Notes under the pieces: model-generated
The model's database searches: none
Told to the model about the DNA's origin: nothing
What the model saw: the letters and a program-made list of their open reading frames with translations, nothing else
Origin: an uncultured Clostridiaceae bacterium
GTDB lineage: Bacteria > Bacillota > Clostridia > TANB77 > CAG-465
DNA length: 64,000 bases
Direction: 5' to 3'
NCBI GenBank assembly: GCA_964653805.1
Contig: CAZZFS010000005.1
Span: 1,817-65,816, forward strand
Made by a program: the position numbers and the translations under genes
Shown here: positions 8,587 through 18,212 of the stretch, piece by piece
Layout of the letters: each line of letters opens with the position of its first letter
Position numbering within the stretch: the stretch's first letter is position 1

Positions 8587-9048
8587 TTATTTTAAGTTGA
8601 ATTTACTATTTTCATAATTATATTCTATACTAGTACCTTCAACAACGTCTTCTATTTTATCAAGTATTAACCAATCATCCATATTAGATTGATGATCTAA
8701 TTTCATTGGATTAATTTTTTCTATTTTTTCAAATTCAATTAAGCATAAACATTTTTTATGCCATCTTTCTTTTTGTTTATTAATTAAAGCAAGTTTTAAA
8801 TTATTTTTTTCTATTATATCTAATATTTCATCATCAGATAATTTAACAAAATTTTGTACCTCTTTAACTATTGCTTTAGCAGTTATTAATCCTGTTCCTT
8901 TTTCAATAAAATACAACTCTTCATTACTAAATACTCTACTATGAGGTATTTTTCTTCCAGCAGCACCTCTTATTACCATAGTCTTACTTCCATTTAATAT
9001 TTTTTCTAAAACCTTTTCTTTATTATCACAATAAACTAAATGTACCAT
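8587..9048 (-). CDS. hypothetical protein, possibly ASCH/PUA-like
   Basis: 153 aa. LNGSKTMVIRGAAGRKIPHSRV...LYFIEKGTGLITAKAIVKEV resembles ASCH-type folds. Weak call. Confidence 0.4.
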   Translation of the reverse strand: MVHLVYCDNKEKVLEKILNGSKTMVIRGAAGRKIPHSRVFSNEELYFIEKGTGLITAKAIVKEVQNFVKLSDDEILDIIEKNNLKLALINKQKERWHKKCLCLIEFEKIEKINPMKLDHQSNMDDWLILDKIEDVVEGTSIEYNYENSKFNLK

Positions 9049-9075
9049 ATAATTTCACTCCTTTTTAAATAAGTT

Positions 9076-9468
9076 TTATTTATCACATTTTAGACATTTA
9101 TTTCTATGAACACAAATAAGTCCACCACATTTTGTACATTGCCATCTTATTTGCTCATTTTCTAAAAATTTATCCATTCCAAATTCTTTTATATATTCTA
9201 AATTATCTATCATACTCATATTATATTTAGTTCTATATCTTTTATCTAGTTGTTTTAATCTAGCACAGGGATATTTGTTACAATTATAACAATCAATAGG
9301 TGGATTAGTTTTTTTATTATCACAATTTTTTATAATACAATTTTTACAAGATTTAGGCATGTTAATGTCATTAGAATTACATCCCATACATCTATTTTTA
9401 TCCCTTTGATATGCTAAACATAAAGCACAATTCATTCCACAAGGTGCAATCATATTTGAATCTATCAT
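9076..9468 (-). CDS. DUF3795-like cysteine-rich protein
   Basis: MIDSNMIAPCGMNCALCLAYQRDKNRCMGC plus further CxxC pairs. The ATG at 9468 follows a GGAGGTGA RBS, and the track start at 9483 overlaps that RBS. Confidence 0.6.
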   Translation of the reverse strand: MIDSNMIAPCGMNCALCLAYQRDKNRCMGCNSNDINMPKSCKNCIIKNCDNKKTNPPIDCYNCNKYPCARLKQLDKRYRTKYNMSMIDNLEYIKEFGMDKFLENEQIRWQCTKCGGLICVHRNKCLKCDK

Positions 9469-9499
9469 ATACCTCACCTCCATTTATATACATACTAAT

Positions 9500-10249
9500 T
9501 TATATTCCAAGCATTTTCTTTAAATACCCTTCGTTTAATAAATGTAGTGTTTCAAACTTACCGTTATTAAAAACAGCCCAATTATTAAAAACACAAGGCA
9601 TATTTTTTGCTTTTTCTAAAGTATCTACTTTAATTAAATCTAACTCTATATTATTAGTTTTACAATAATTTTCTATTTGCTCTATACAGTTTGGAATATA
9701 TGGACATTGAAGTCCATAATAAATAGTGAGTTTTTTAGAATCTATACTCTGTTTCTTAGCATTATCTGTAAACTTAGGTTTAGTTCCATCAAAAGAAATT
9801 GCTAACAATTCATATTCATCACCAATTGTATCAACTACTTCAAAACCATATTTTAGCATAAATTTTTTATCTGATAAAAAAGGTGTTTTCTTTTTAGAAC
9901 TAATTATACATACTCCAGACTTTTTATCTTTTTTAGCATTTTCGATAGCATAATTTAATAAATCACTACCATATCCTTTACCTTTAAAACTACCAGATAC
10001 CCAAAGACAATAAATATATATATAATTATCTCCTATTACAGGAATCCAAGCATTTTCAATTGGTGCATATTCAATAAAAACTTTTCCTTTAGCATCTAAT
10101 TTTCTAAAAACATGACCCTCTTTAATCCTATTTTTAAGCCAATATTTTTTACATTCAACTCCTAATTGATGTTTTTTATCTGCAATAGCACAGCATAAAT
10201 GTTCATTATCTAAATTCTCAATTGTTAAATTAACAAAATTATCACTCAT
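9500..10249 (-). CDS. GNAT N-acetyltransferase with a YoaP-like C-terminal domain
   Basis: N-terminal LCCAIADKKH..., GNAT core CLWVSGSFKGKGYGSDLLNYAIENAKK, then a C-terminal domain of about 80 aa with CPYIPNC. Confidence 0.65.
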   Translation of the reverse strand: MSDNFVNLTIENLDNEHLCCAIADKKHQLGVECKKYWLKNRIKEGHVFRKLDAKGKVFIEYAPIENAWIPVIGDNYIYIYCLWVSGSFKGKGYGSDLLNYAIENAKKDKKSGVCIISSKKKTPFLSDKKFMLKYGFEVVDTIGDEYELLAISFDGTKPKFTDNAKKQSIDSKKLTIYYGLQCPYIPNCIEQIENYCKTNNIELDLIKVDTLEKAKNMPCVFNNWAVFNNGKFETLHLLNEGYLKKMLGI

Positions 10250-10285
10250 ATATATTTCCTCCTTTAAATTTTTATTTTTTTATAT

Positions 10286-10726
10286 TTACAATCTTTTTAA
10301 ATCTTTATATACATTAAAATTTAAAATTGCCATATCTTTCAAATAATTTTTTAATTTATTTATTGGTATATTTTCAATTAAATTAGTAATTTCTTCTTGA
10401 TTTTCTTTGGATGTTATATTTACTACTACAAGATCTTTTAAATAAAGTAAAGCAGCAACTTCATGTTTACAAGCACTCCCACTTTGAGCATATGGACAAG
10501 TACAATCAGTACATATAATTATACCATCTTCCTTATCATCAGACATATCAATATTAACAATATATTGATCACTACCATATACAACAGCAATATATTTATC
10601 ATCAAGTTTTACTAAATCTTTTACTAAATTTGAATTATAATATTCTATACCTCTTATTATTATATTATCATCAAAATAATAATTTATATACTCATCTATA
10701 TCCTTTAAAGTATATTCTTTAAACAT
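10286..10726 (-). CDS. SWIM zinc-finger protein
   Basis: CTDCTCPYAQSGSACKHEVAALLYL matches the CxCxnCxH SWIM signature. Confidence 0.65.
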   Translation of the reverse strand: MFKEYTLKDIDEYINYYFDDNIIIRGIEYYNSNLVKDLVKLDDKYIAVVYGSDQYIVNIDMSDDKEDGIIICTDCTCPYAQSGSACKHEVAALLYLKDLVVVNITSKENQEEITNLIENIPINKLKNYLKDMAILNFNVYKDLKRL

Positions 10727-10741
10727 GCTAAAAACCTCCTC

Positions 10742-11575
10742 CTATTTAATTACACTCCATTCATCTAAAGATTTACCATTTGAATCTTTTAATTCTTGCC
10801 ATGTATTTTGTCCACCATAAAACAAGAAAATACCAAGTTGATTTGGACTTTTAAATATAATATCTTCAGTTGTAATATTATCAACTATTTTATCTGCATA
10901 ATCTAGTCTAAACTTTTCTGCAAGTTGAGCTGAAAAATTAACACTACCATCTTTATTTAATTGTGGATCTTTAACTAATTTAGCTCCAGAAAGTAATACA
11001 AGTTCATCTTTACTTTTCCAGATTGCACAACCTTCTCCACCTCTTAATTTAGCAGTGAATTTTATATTACTAACTTCTTTACTCCATTTGTGTCTAGCTT
11101 TTAAATTAGGAGCTTTAGCATCTATTAATTTGGCTTTATTTTGCACTTTAAATCCATTTAATCCGAAACCTTGTAAAATTACCAATACTTTATCTTTATA
11201 CTCGTTTAAATTGATCTCTTGTAATTTTGAAAATTCAAACTCATTTATTTTTCCAATATGTTTTAACTCGACATTGTTTTGCAAAGCTTCTTTAAAAAAA
11301 ACATATTCTAAACAATCCACATCTAAATTATTAGGTACAGATATAGCAATTAATTTATCAAATTTGATTTTTTTAAATAAATCAGCATCTAATGTTTTAT
11401 CTATATGCACTAAATTAGTATCACAAAAAAATAAATATACATTATTATTATTTATTTCAGTAATATTATTTAAATCTATTTTACTTGTATTTAATATTTG
11501 TATAATATTTTGATTATCATCAAACCTAATAATTGTTTTAAAATCATTTATCATTACATCTAATCTAATTTCCAT
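10742..11575 (-). CDS. hypothetical protein with a DUF4357-like C-terminus
   Basis: The C-terminus FKSPNQLGIFLFYGGQNTWQELKDSNGKSLDEW resembles DUF4357. The ATG at 11575 is correctly spaced from an AAGGAG RBS. Confidence 0.45.
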   Translation of the reverse strand: MEIRLDVMINDFKTIIRFDDNQNIIQILNTSKIDLNNITEINNNNVYLFFCDTNLVHIDKTLDADLFKKIKFDKLIAISVPNNLDVDCLEYVFFKEALQNNVELKHIGKINEFEFSKLQEINLNEYKDKVLVILQGFGLNGFKVQNKAKLIDAKAPNLKARHKWSKEVSNIKFTAKLRGGEGCAIWKSKDELVLLSGAKLVKDPQLNKDGSVNFSAQLAEKFRLDYADKIVDNITTEDIIFKSPNQLGIFLFYGGQNTWQELKDSNGKSLDEWSVIK

Positions 11576-11720
11576 AACTACCATCTCCTTTTTGAGATAT
11601 ATAACTTACTTATATATCTATTATACTCAATTTTATTCTATATTTCAATTAAATGTAAAAGTTTTTGTTTTTAATTTACATATTTACTTTATTATAAAAG
11701 TTATTTCCTTATAATAAAGT

Positions 11721-11757
11721 AAAAAACATAAAGTTATAATTTAACTTTATGTTTTTT
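11721..11757 (-). terminator. hairpin terminator of family-1 copy E
   Basis: aaaaaacataaagtt-ataattt-aactttatgtttttt. Confidence 0.65.
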
Positions 11758-11771
11758 GGTTATACAAAATT

Positions 11772-12104
11772 TTAAACGAAAGAATAACTTTCAGGCGAAA
11801 TAAGAGTTAAGCATATTAATCCTGATTCAATATCTTGTTTAAATTTATTTAATAAATTTTGGTTCATCTTTTTTCTTCCATAATAATTCAAAATATCTTG
11901 TCTCATATTGAAAGTTGCAGTATCATCATTTTTTGAAAGTGTTACATTTATCTTGGCAGTTCTTGATAAAAGCCAATATCCATCGCGATTTACTCGAACT
12001 TCATATCCTTTATTTAAATATGGTTGAATTTTAGATTCTTTCCCTTGAATTTCTACGCTATCTGAATTTTTGTATTTGATAGCTACAACAATTGTTTTTG
12101 CCAT
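11772..12104 (-). CDS. hypothetical 110-aa protein, family-1 copy E
   Basis: The ATG at 12104 (MAKTIVVAIKY) follows a GGAGGG RBS. Contains KGYEVRVNRDGYWLL, INVTLS, FNMRQDIL and YSFV. Confidence 0.8.
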   Translation of the reverse strand: MAKTIVVAIKYKNSDSVEIQGKESKIQPYLNKGYEVRVNRDGYWLLSRTAKINVTLSKNDDTATFNMRQDILNYYGRKKMNQNLLNKFKQDIESGLICLTLISPESYSFV

Positions 12105-12159
12105 TTTAAATCCCTCCATTTGTAGGTTTTATTTTTATTTTATTTTTTAATACTTATTT

Positions 12160-12188
12160 ATTTTAACATAGTTATGTCAATTTGTCAA
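12160..12188 (-). promoter_or_regulatory. promoter of family-1 copy E (TTGACA-17-TAAAAT)
   Basis: Minus strand reads TTGACAaattgacataactatgtTAAAAT. Confidence 0.55.
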
Positions 12189-12368
12189 TTTACATACTTT
12201 ACTTTTTAATGAATGTTTTTTCACTTTTTTACAAAAAAACATTGATTTTTTATGTAAAACAATATATAATATATTCAACTTAAAAATATAATATATTAAG
12301 CTAACTAATTAATTAGCTAAACAACTAAATAGCTAACTAGTTAAATAAAAAAACAAAGGAGTCATAAA

Positions 12369-12617
12369 ATGGCTAGAAAAAGACGAGACAGTGAATTATT
12401 AAGTGATTATCAAGATTTTGACAAAAGAGGCGCACATAAGTCAACTGGAACTAATTACAACGAAGATGGTTATGATTTATCTGGTGACGATGTAGATGGA
12501 TTCAATTTGTTAACAGGTAAGCATCGTAGCACAGGCACAAAGTACGATCCAAACGGCTATGATATTAACGGTTTCAATAAATACGGATTCGATAGAGATG
12601 GAAACTGTAACTTCTAA
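12369..12617 (+). CDS. 82-aa G-[YF]-[DN]-x-x repeat protein (mini version of 47469..49580)
   Basis: ...STGTNYNEDGYDLSGDDVDGFNLLTGKHRSTGTKYDPNGYDINGFNKYGFDRDG. AAAGGAG RBS and a strong terminator follow. Confidence 0.7.
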   Translation: MARKRRDSELLSDYQDFDKRGAHKSTGTNYNEDGYDLSGDDVDGFNLLTGKHRSTGTKYDPNGYDINGFNKYGFDRDGNCNF

Positions 12618-12660
12618 TATCAATTAAATTAATATTTGTATAATGAGTTTTTATCTTCAA

Positions 12661-12705
12661 AAAAATCACAACTACCGGCTAAGCTGGTAGTTGTGATTTT
12701 TATTT
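12661..12705 (+). terminator. rho-independent terminator
   Basis: aaaaatcacaactaccggct/aagctggtagttgtgattttt, a GC-containing stem of about 16 bp followed by a T-run. Confidence 0.75.
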
Positions 12706-12754
12706 TTATAAAAATAGAGTTATGCTTTAAAAATATAAATATATATATGATTAA

Positions 12755-14329
12755 TTAATTTTCTTGGAAATATAATATTTCATTACCATTATAGTATTTT
12801 GATATATATCCACTTGTTGAATCATTTAAGAAATCACCACTAAATATCTCTTGTGTAAAAACTCTAGAATATTTTTTATTATTTACATCTGTTATCTCTA
12901 TTTCAAATGTTATAGTAGAACGTACATCATCAGATGTAACACCTGATTTAACTAAAGCTTTATCACTTGCTATAACAGACCAACTTGATACATCTTGTGT
13001 TTTTACATCTACTACACCATAATAGAATTGTATAGCTTGTAATTTAGAAAATTCTTCAATACTATACTCAAAAGAATCACCATTAAACAAATGTTTTTTA
13101 GATGATGTATTTGTTGCATTTTCCATAATTATATCATAAAAATAAAATTGTGGTGTTCCCATTTTAGGTGATTTTGTAGCATTAGCATTTTTAATTTTTA
13201 TACTTTTTATATTATTATTTTGTTCTATATTTGAATTATTAATAGATATTAATATACTTGCAGAAGTATATGGTTTAATTTGTTTGTAATCAGACCCCTC
13301 AACGTATTCATAACCATTTAAAATATTGTAACTTTCAGCTGTTGCATAATATGGTGTTTTTTCATTTGATTTATCACTAGTATTATTTGAAGTATTTGAA
13401 TTCGTATTTGTGTTTTGTGTTTGATTACTATTACTACTATTATTGTTACTTGTATTTGTATTGCTGTTATCATTACTATTACTATTTTGCATTGTAAATG
13501 CACCTATAAAGAAAATAATTATAAAAATCAATATCCACATAATTATTTTTTTCAATATAGACATTTTTTGTATAAAATCTCTTTTTAAAATTAAAACTAC
13601 AAATATAACAATTGTAATAACCCAACCTATTATATTTGAATCTAATAGCAATAAATACAGCGCTGCTATTGCACTTGTTATAATGTACACTAAAGTACTA
13701 GTTTTTTTATTTGACTTATCATTATTGTTATTATTACTAGTTTTATTGTTATTGTTTATAACATTATTATTTTGAACTTTTGTAGCTTCTTTAATTGGTT
13801 GTTTTTCTTCATTTGTAGCAACACTAACATTAGCACTATTAGCAACAACAGTATTAGAAACTTTATTATCATTATTAATACTATTAGAAGGTATAATAGC
13901 TCCATATTTAGCTTTTTTAGGATTTAAAACAATTTTAAATTTCCAACCATTTTCTTTAGCAACTTCTTTAAATGTTTTAGTTATTTGACCAATATCTATT
14001 TCATATTCATATGCTTTACCATCTGGTGCATAACCAACACTTTTAACTTTTCTAAATAAAGTAGTACCACTTTGAAAACTACTTTCACTATCTACACCAA
14101 AACTAAAACCTTTACTTTCTTCTTTAGTATTTTCATAATAATAAAGAATCTTATTTGCATCATCAAATAACGCAAAACTTTTGTATGTAATCTTTTTTTC
14201 ACCCGTACTGAATTTAGCATCTAAAAACTCTTTTGATATTTCAATATCAGTTTCTTGTCCTACTTTAGGATAAATGCCTATTCCTTGAAGTTTGTTAATT
14301 ATTAATTGGATCATATTACTTTTTTCCAT
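12755..14329 (-). CDS. Asn-rich membrane protein of unknown function
   Basis: 524 aa from the ATG at 14329 (AAGGAG RBS). It has an N-terminal soluble domain, poly-N/S linkers, three hydrophobic helices (YIITSAIAALYLLLL..., WVITIVIFVVLIL, IMWILIFIIIFFIGAF) and a C-terminal domain of about 220 aa. Confidence 0.6.
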   Translation of the reverse strand: MEKSNMIQLIINKLQGIGIYPKVGQETDIEISKEFLDAKFSTGEKKITYKSFALFDDANKILYYYENTKEESKGFSFGVDSESSFQSGTTLFRKVKSVGYAPDGKAYEYEIDIGQITKTFKEVAKENGWKFKIVLNPKKAKYGAIIPSNSINNDNKVSNTVVANSANVSVATNEEKQPIKEATKVQNNNVINNNNKTSNNNNNDKSNKKTSTLVYIITSAIAALYLLLLDSNIIGWVITIVIFVVLILKRDFIQKMSILKKIIMWILIFIIIFFIGAFTMQNSNSNDNSNTNTSNNNSSNSNQTQNTNTNSNTSNNTSDKSNEKTPYYATAESYNILNGYEYVEGSDYKQIKPYTSASILISINNSNIEQNNNIKSIKIKNANATKSPKMGTPQFYFYDIIMENATNTSSKKHLFNGDSFEYSIEEFSKLQAIQFYYGVVDVKTQDVSSWSVIASDKALVKSGVTSDDVRSTITFEIEITDVNNKKYSRVFTQEIFSGDFLNDSTSGYISKYYNGNEILYFQEN

Positions 14330-14388
14330 AAAAACCAACTCCTTTTACATTAATTATACCACATTGTATTAAAATGTAAATAATTATA

Positions 14389-14430
14389 CAAAAAACAATG
14401 CATAAAATTTGACTTTTATGCATTGTTTTA
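14389..14430 (-). terminator. hairpin terminator (near-identical copy at 35907-35950)
   Basis: aaaaaacaatgcataaaa-tttgac-ttttatgcattgtttt. Confidence 0.6.
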
Positions 14431-14444
14431 TATATTTTTTTTGA

Positions 14445-16076
14445 TTAAAATATGTTTTTTAAATCTGTTTTAATTAATTCATTATTTGAAGTTACTTTTA
14501 ATATTTCAACATTTCCTAATTTAGATATAAACCTTCTGTCATGTGTAACTACTATTATTATACCTTCAAATTCTGATATAACGTTTTCTAAAGCTTCTAA
14601 ACAATCTAAATCTAAATGATTTGTTGGTTCATCTAAAATAAGAGTATTTATATTTAAAAGAGAAAAAACAGCCAATTCTATTCTTAATCTTTGTCCTGGA
14701 CTAAAATCAAGAATACATTTATCTTTGTCTTCGTAATCAATTCCAAATTGATTCAATACCGTGAAAATTTTACTTTGTTCTTCTTTAACTTTTGATAACA
14801 CATATTCTTTTAATGTACTAATTTCATTTTTATCTGTTTCTTGAGACATATATGCTATTTTAATTTTAGACCCTTTTATAACCTCACCACTAATTGGTTT
14901 TAATGTTCCAACAATAGTTTTGAGTAAAGTTGTTTTACCAGAACCATTTTCTCCCGTAATAACAACTTTATTTCCCATTTCTATAGTATAGTTTACGTTA
15001 TTTAATATACTATAATCATAGCCACAATATAACTCTTTTAAAATAATACTACAATTATTAACTTTTTCATCTAAAGATATATTTATTTTAAGTTTAGGTA
15101 ATTGTTTTGGTCTTTCATGTTTTTGTATTTTTTCAAGTTTTTTTTCAGATGCTTTTGCAGATTTTGCTATAGAACTAGACCTATTTCTTTCAAATCCCCT
15201 AGTAAGTTTATCATTATCTTTTACATTTTGATTTCTACCTGATATAGCCCAATCTTTTTTTTGAGTTATATTTTTTTTAACTTTAAATATCTCTTCTTCT
15301 TGTTCTTCAAAAAGTTTCAATTCCAAATTATACTTTGATTCCATAGCTTTTAAATAATTTGAAAAATTACCTTTGTACTCTATAGAATTTCTTGTAAAAT
15401 AATCAATATATATAACTTTATTTATTATTTTATCAAGAAAAACTCTATCATGAGAAACAATTATTAAAGGAACTTCAACTTTGCTTAAATAATTTTCAAG
15501 CCATTTTAATGAATCAATATCAAGATTGTTAGTAGGTTCATCTAAAAGTAATAAGTCAGCACCTTTTAAAAGAACTGCAATAAGCATTATTTTGCTTTTT
15601 TGTCCACCACTTAATTTTTGTATACACTCATCTTTTTTTGTTTCATTTATTCCCATTCCATTTAACATATTGCTAATTTTGTACTCAAAATTATATCCAT
15701 CTAATGCCAAATATAGTTCTTGAAGATATGAATATCTTAACAATTTTTCATCACTGTCTAAATTTTCTTCCAATTGCAACATTTCTTTTTCAATTCTAAC
15801 TATACCTACATAATCTTTAATAAATTCAATTATTGTTTTTGAAGTATCAACAATTTCCATTTCTTGTTTAAAATATCCAATAAGATTTGAATCTGATTTA
15901 ATTATTTCACCAGCTTCTGGTTGCAATTCTCCAATTATTATTTTAAGTAATGTACTTTTCCCTACACCATTACTACCAACTAAACCTATTTTATTATTTT
16001 TGTTTAATTTGAAAGAAATATTATTAAGAATGATTTTTGAGTTAATACTGTAAGTTATATTTTTTACATCCAACAT
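14445..16076 (-). CDS. ABC-F family ATPase (two ABC domains, no membrane domain)
   Basis: Walker A GSNGVGKST and GENGSGKTT, signature LSGGQ, Walker B LLLLDEPTNNLD and LILDEPTNHLD, with a basic inter-domain linker. Confidence 0.85.
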   Translation of the reverse strand: MLDVKNITYSINSKIILNNISFKLNKNNKIGLVGSNGVGKSTLLKIIIGELQPEAGEIIKSDSNLIGYFKQEMEIVDTSKTIIEFIKDYVGIVRIEKEMLQLEENLDSDEKLLRYSYLQELYLALDGYNFEYKISNMLNGMGINETKKDECIQKLSGGQKSKIMLIAVLLKGADLLLLDEPTNNLDIDSLKWLENYLSKVEVPLIIVSHDRVFLDKIINKVIYIDYFTRNSIEYKGNFSNYLKAMESKYNLELKLFEEQEEEIFKVKKNITQKKDWAISGRNQNVKDNDKLTRGFERNRSSSIAKSAKASEKKLEKIQKHERPKQLPKLKINISLDEKVNNCSIILKELYCGYDYSILNNVNYTIEMGNKVVITGENGSGKTTLLKTIVGTLKPISGEVIKGSKIKIAYMSQETDKNEISTLKEYVLSKVKEEQSKIFTVLNQFGIDYEDKDKCILDFSPGQRLRIELAVFSLLNINTLILDEPTNHLDLDCLEALENVISEFEGIIIVVTHDRRFISKLGNVEILKVTSNNELIKTDLKNIF

Positions 16077-16098
16077 AAATACTTACCTCACTTTATAT

Positions 16099-16648
16099 TT
16101 ATTCATTTATATATTCTGACTTCTTTAATTGCATAAGTTTAACAACTTCTTTTTTATCAAATTTATTTACATGTAATTTTTTACCTGAATCTTTAAATCC
16201 TAATTTTTCAAAAAGTTTAATAGAATTTATTCTATCTGCTGGTATATTATCAGCAATCGAATCTAAGTTATATTTATCAAAAGCTACATTAATTAAAAGT
16301 TTTAATGCTTCTTTACTATATCCACATCCTCTATATCTAGAATCTATAACTATATGAATTATCCATTCTTCGTATTCATTATCATATCTAAAACCCACAT
16401 CACCTATAAATTTATCATCTTCTTTTCTGCATATATAAGCATAAAATCTATCTTGTTTTCCAATACTTCTATTATACCATTCTTCCCATACTTCTTCTTT
16501 AAAATCTATACAACCGAGTTTCTCTATTATACCCATCAAACAAATCATATCCTTTGTTATATTCCATAGTATATGGATCTAATAAAATTTCTTTTCTATA
16601 ACTCAATTCTTCAATTTTTGGTATTTTTAAATATAACTCTTTTTTCAT
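16099..16648 (-). pseudogene. GNAT (RimJ/RimL-like) acetyltransferase with a +1 frameshift
   Basis: The ATG at 16648 (AAGGAG RBS) gives MKKELYLKIPKIEELSYRKEILLDPYTMEYNKGYDLFDGYNRE, then a stop. The track ORF 16099..16548 continues GCIDFKEEVWEEWY...RYRGCGYSKEAL. Deleting one A of the A3 run (16519-16521) joins them. Length 550 nt, i.e. 3n+1. Confidence 0.6.
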
Positions 16649-16677
16649 AAAAAACTCCTTTTATTCAAAAATATATC

Positions 16678-17214
16678 TTATATTTCAGATAAATCTAATT
16701 TAAATGTTAATGCATCAAATAACTTACCATTAATATTTCTTAAATCCTTAAATCTATTTACTTCTTTAAAATTTAATGAATTTGCTAATCCTATCATAGG
16801 TAAATTACCACTCCAAGTTTGAGTATAAATCTCACTATATCCTAAAGTTTTAAAATATTCTAAATATTTCAAATATGCTTTTTTACCTACTCCAAATCCT
16901 CTATATTTAGGATCTGGAATATCTATACCAATTGCTATTTTTGAAGTTTTAGTTAAATCATTATATTTAAATTCATCAGTCATATAGTATGCTGAAATCC
17001 ACCCTATATGTTCTTCATTATATATGATTTCATATTCAAAACAAGGATTATGATTTGTTTTTTCAAGTCTTCTATTTATTTGATTTTGTTTTTCAAAAAT
17101 ATAGTTTTCCCATTCCCATGGTGCATCATATTTTTGCCAATCTGTACATTTAGTAAACCAATACTCTATTTTTTCTATATCTGTTTCTTCAAACTTTTTT
17201 AAAACTATATCCAT
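16678..17214 (-). CDS. GNAT family N-acetyltransferase
   Basis: IGIDIPDPKYRGFGVGKKAYLKYLEYF acetyl-CoA-binding motif. AAGGAG RBS. Confidence 0.75.
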   Translation of the reverse strand: MDIVLKKFEETDIEKIEYWFTKCTDWQKYDAPWEWENYIFEKQNQINRRLEKTNHNPCFEYEIIYNEEHIGWISAYYMTDEFKYNDLTKTSKIAIGIDIPDPKYRGFGVGKKAYLKYLEYFKTLGYSEIYTQTWSGNLPMIGLANSLNFKEVNRFKDLRNINGKLFDALTFKLDLSEI

Positions 17215-17254
17215 TTTAAAATCTCCTTTTTAATACTAAAATTTAACTTTTGGG

Positions 17255-18212
17255 TTATATTTTTTTACCATTTCCTAGACGTACTTCCATAGGGAAATCA
17301 ATTTTTTTTATTATCTCTAAATATATATTATTATATTTACGAGGTTCTAAATTTATTGAATGAAAATATAATAAATATTTTTGTAAGAAATCATAAGCGG
17401 TGTGTCCTTGTATAAAAGCACTATCATAAGTAATTAAAGATTTAATTTCATTATATCTTTTATTTAATTTTTTTCTTTCTTTATTACAATTTATTGAGTT
17501 TTTCATTTTTTCAATAGCATTATTCATATCATCCTTATTATAATATTGACTTCTAGAAAAATCAAAATTAAATATATCTTTACGCTTATATTCTTGTTTA
17601 ATTATTGATCTTAAATAAATATTTTCTCTTACTGCATAAACTTGTACTCCCCAATATGCAAAATATTCTTTGGTTTCATTAACAAATTCACGATACATCG
17701 AATTAAATTTTATATAATCTTTATTACTCAACAAAAGATTTTCAAATATTAATTCTAAATTTATTTCCATCAAAAAATAATTTTCAAATGAATAGCCCTT
17801 TGTAACAGTAATGTTATTTCTATCTTTTATATCTAAAAAAGTATAACCTTTACTATGCAAATTTTTGATATATAATAATCCATCATAATCATAATCTACA
17901 ATAAAAACATATTTATTCATAAATTTTGAACATTTAACATCATCTCTTAAATTTTTATATGCATGTAGAACATACTGTTTACCAATTATATCATTTTTAT
18001 ATTCTTTTTGTCCGGCCGCATATAAAATAAACTTCATTTTTAATCGGTAATGTCGCATTTTTATATACAACAATATCACTTGTCCCCTCTACAATGCAAA
18101 ATTGATCATAATTATTAAATTGACTCGCAACCTCGAAGCAAATCTCTTTGATAGGAGGGGAATACCTATTGTTTTTATACTCATTTACAAACATTCTTTC
18201 AGAACTAATCAT
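17255..18212 (-). pseudogene. DUF4435/TOPRIM-like protein (AriB-like), split by a +1 shift
   Basis: ORF 17997..18212 carries FCIVEGTSDIVVYK (the VEGxxD motif of DUF4435), and ORF 17255..18079 carries the rest. Removing one base of the 5-nt homopolymer at 18037-18041 gives ...PIKMKFILYAAGQKEY... in a single frame. Its start overlaps the upstream ATPase stop. Confidence 0.55.

Noticed and set aside
13318-13775. ORFs 13318..13503 (-) and 13443..13775 (+) inside the Asn-rich membrane protein gene. Also 48024..48296 (+) and 48734..48970 (-) inside the GYD-repeat gene.
   Set aside because: These are alternative-frame readings of low-complexity or repetitive coding DNA. The long frames (12755..14329 and 47469..49580) explain the sequence.
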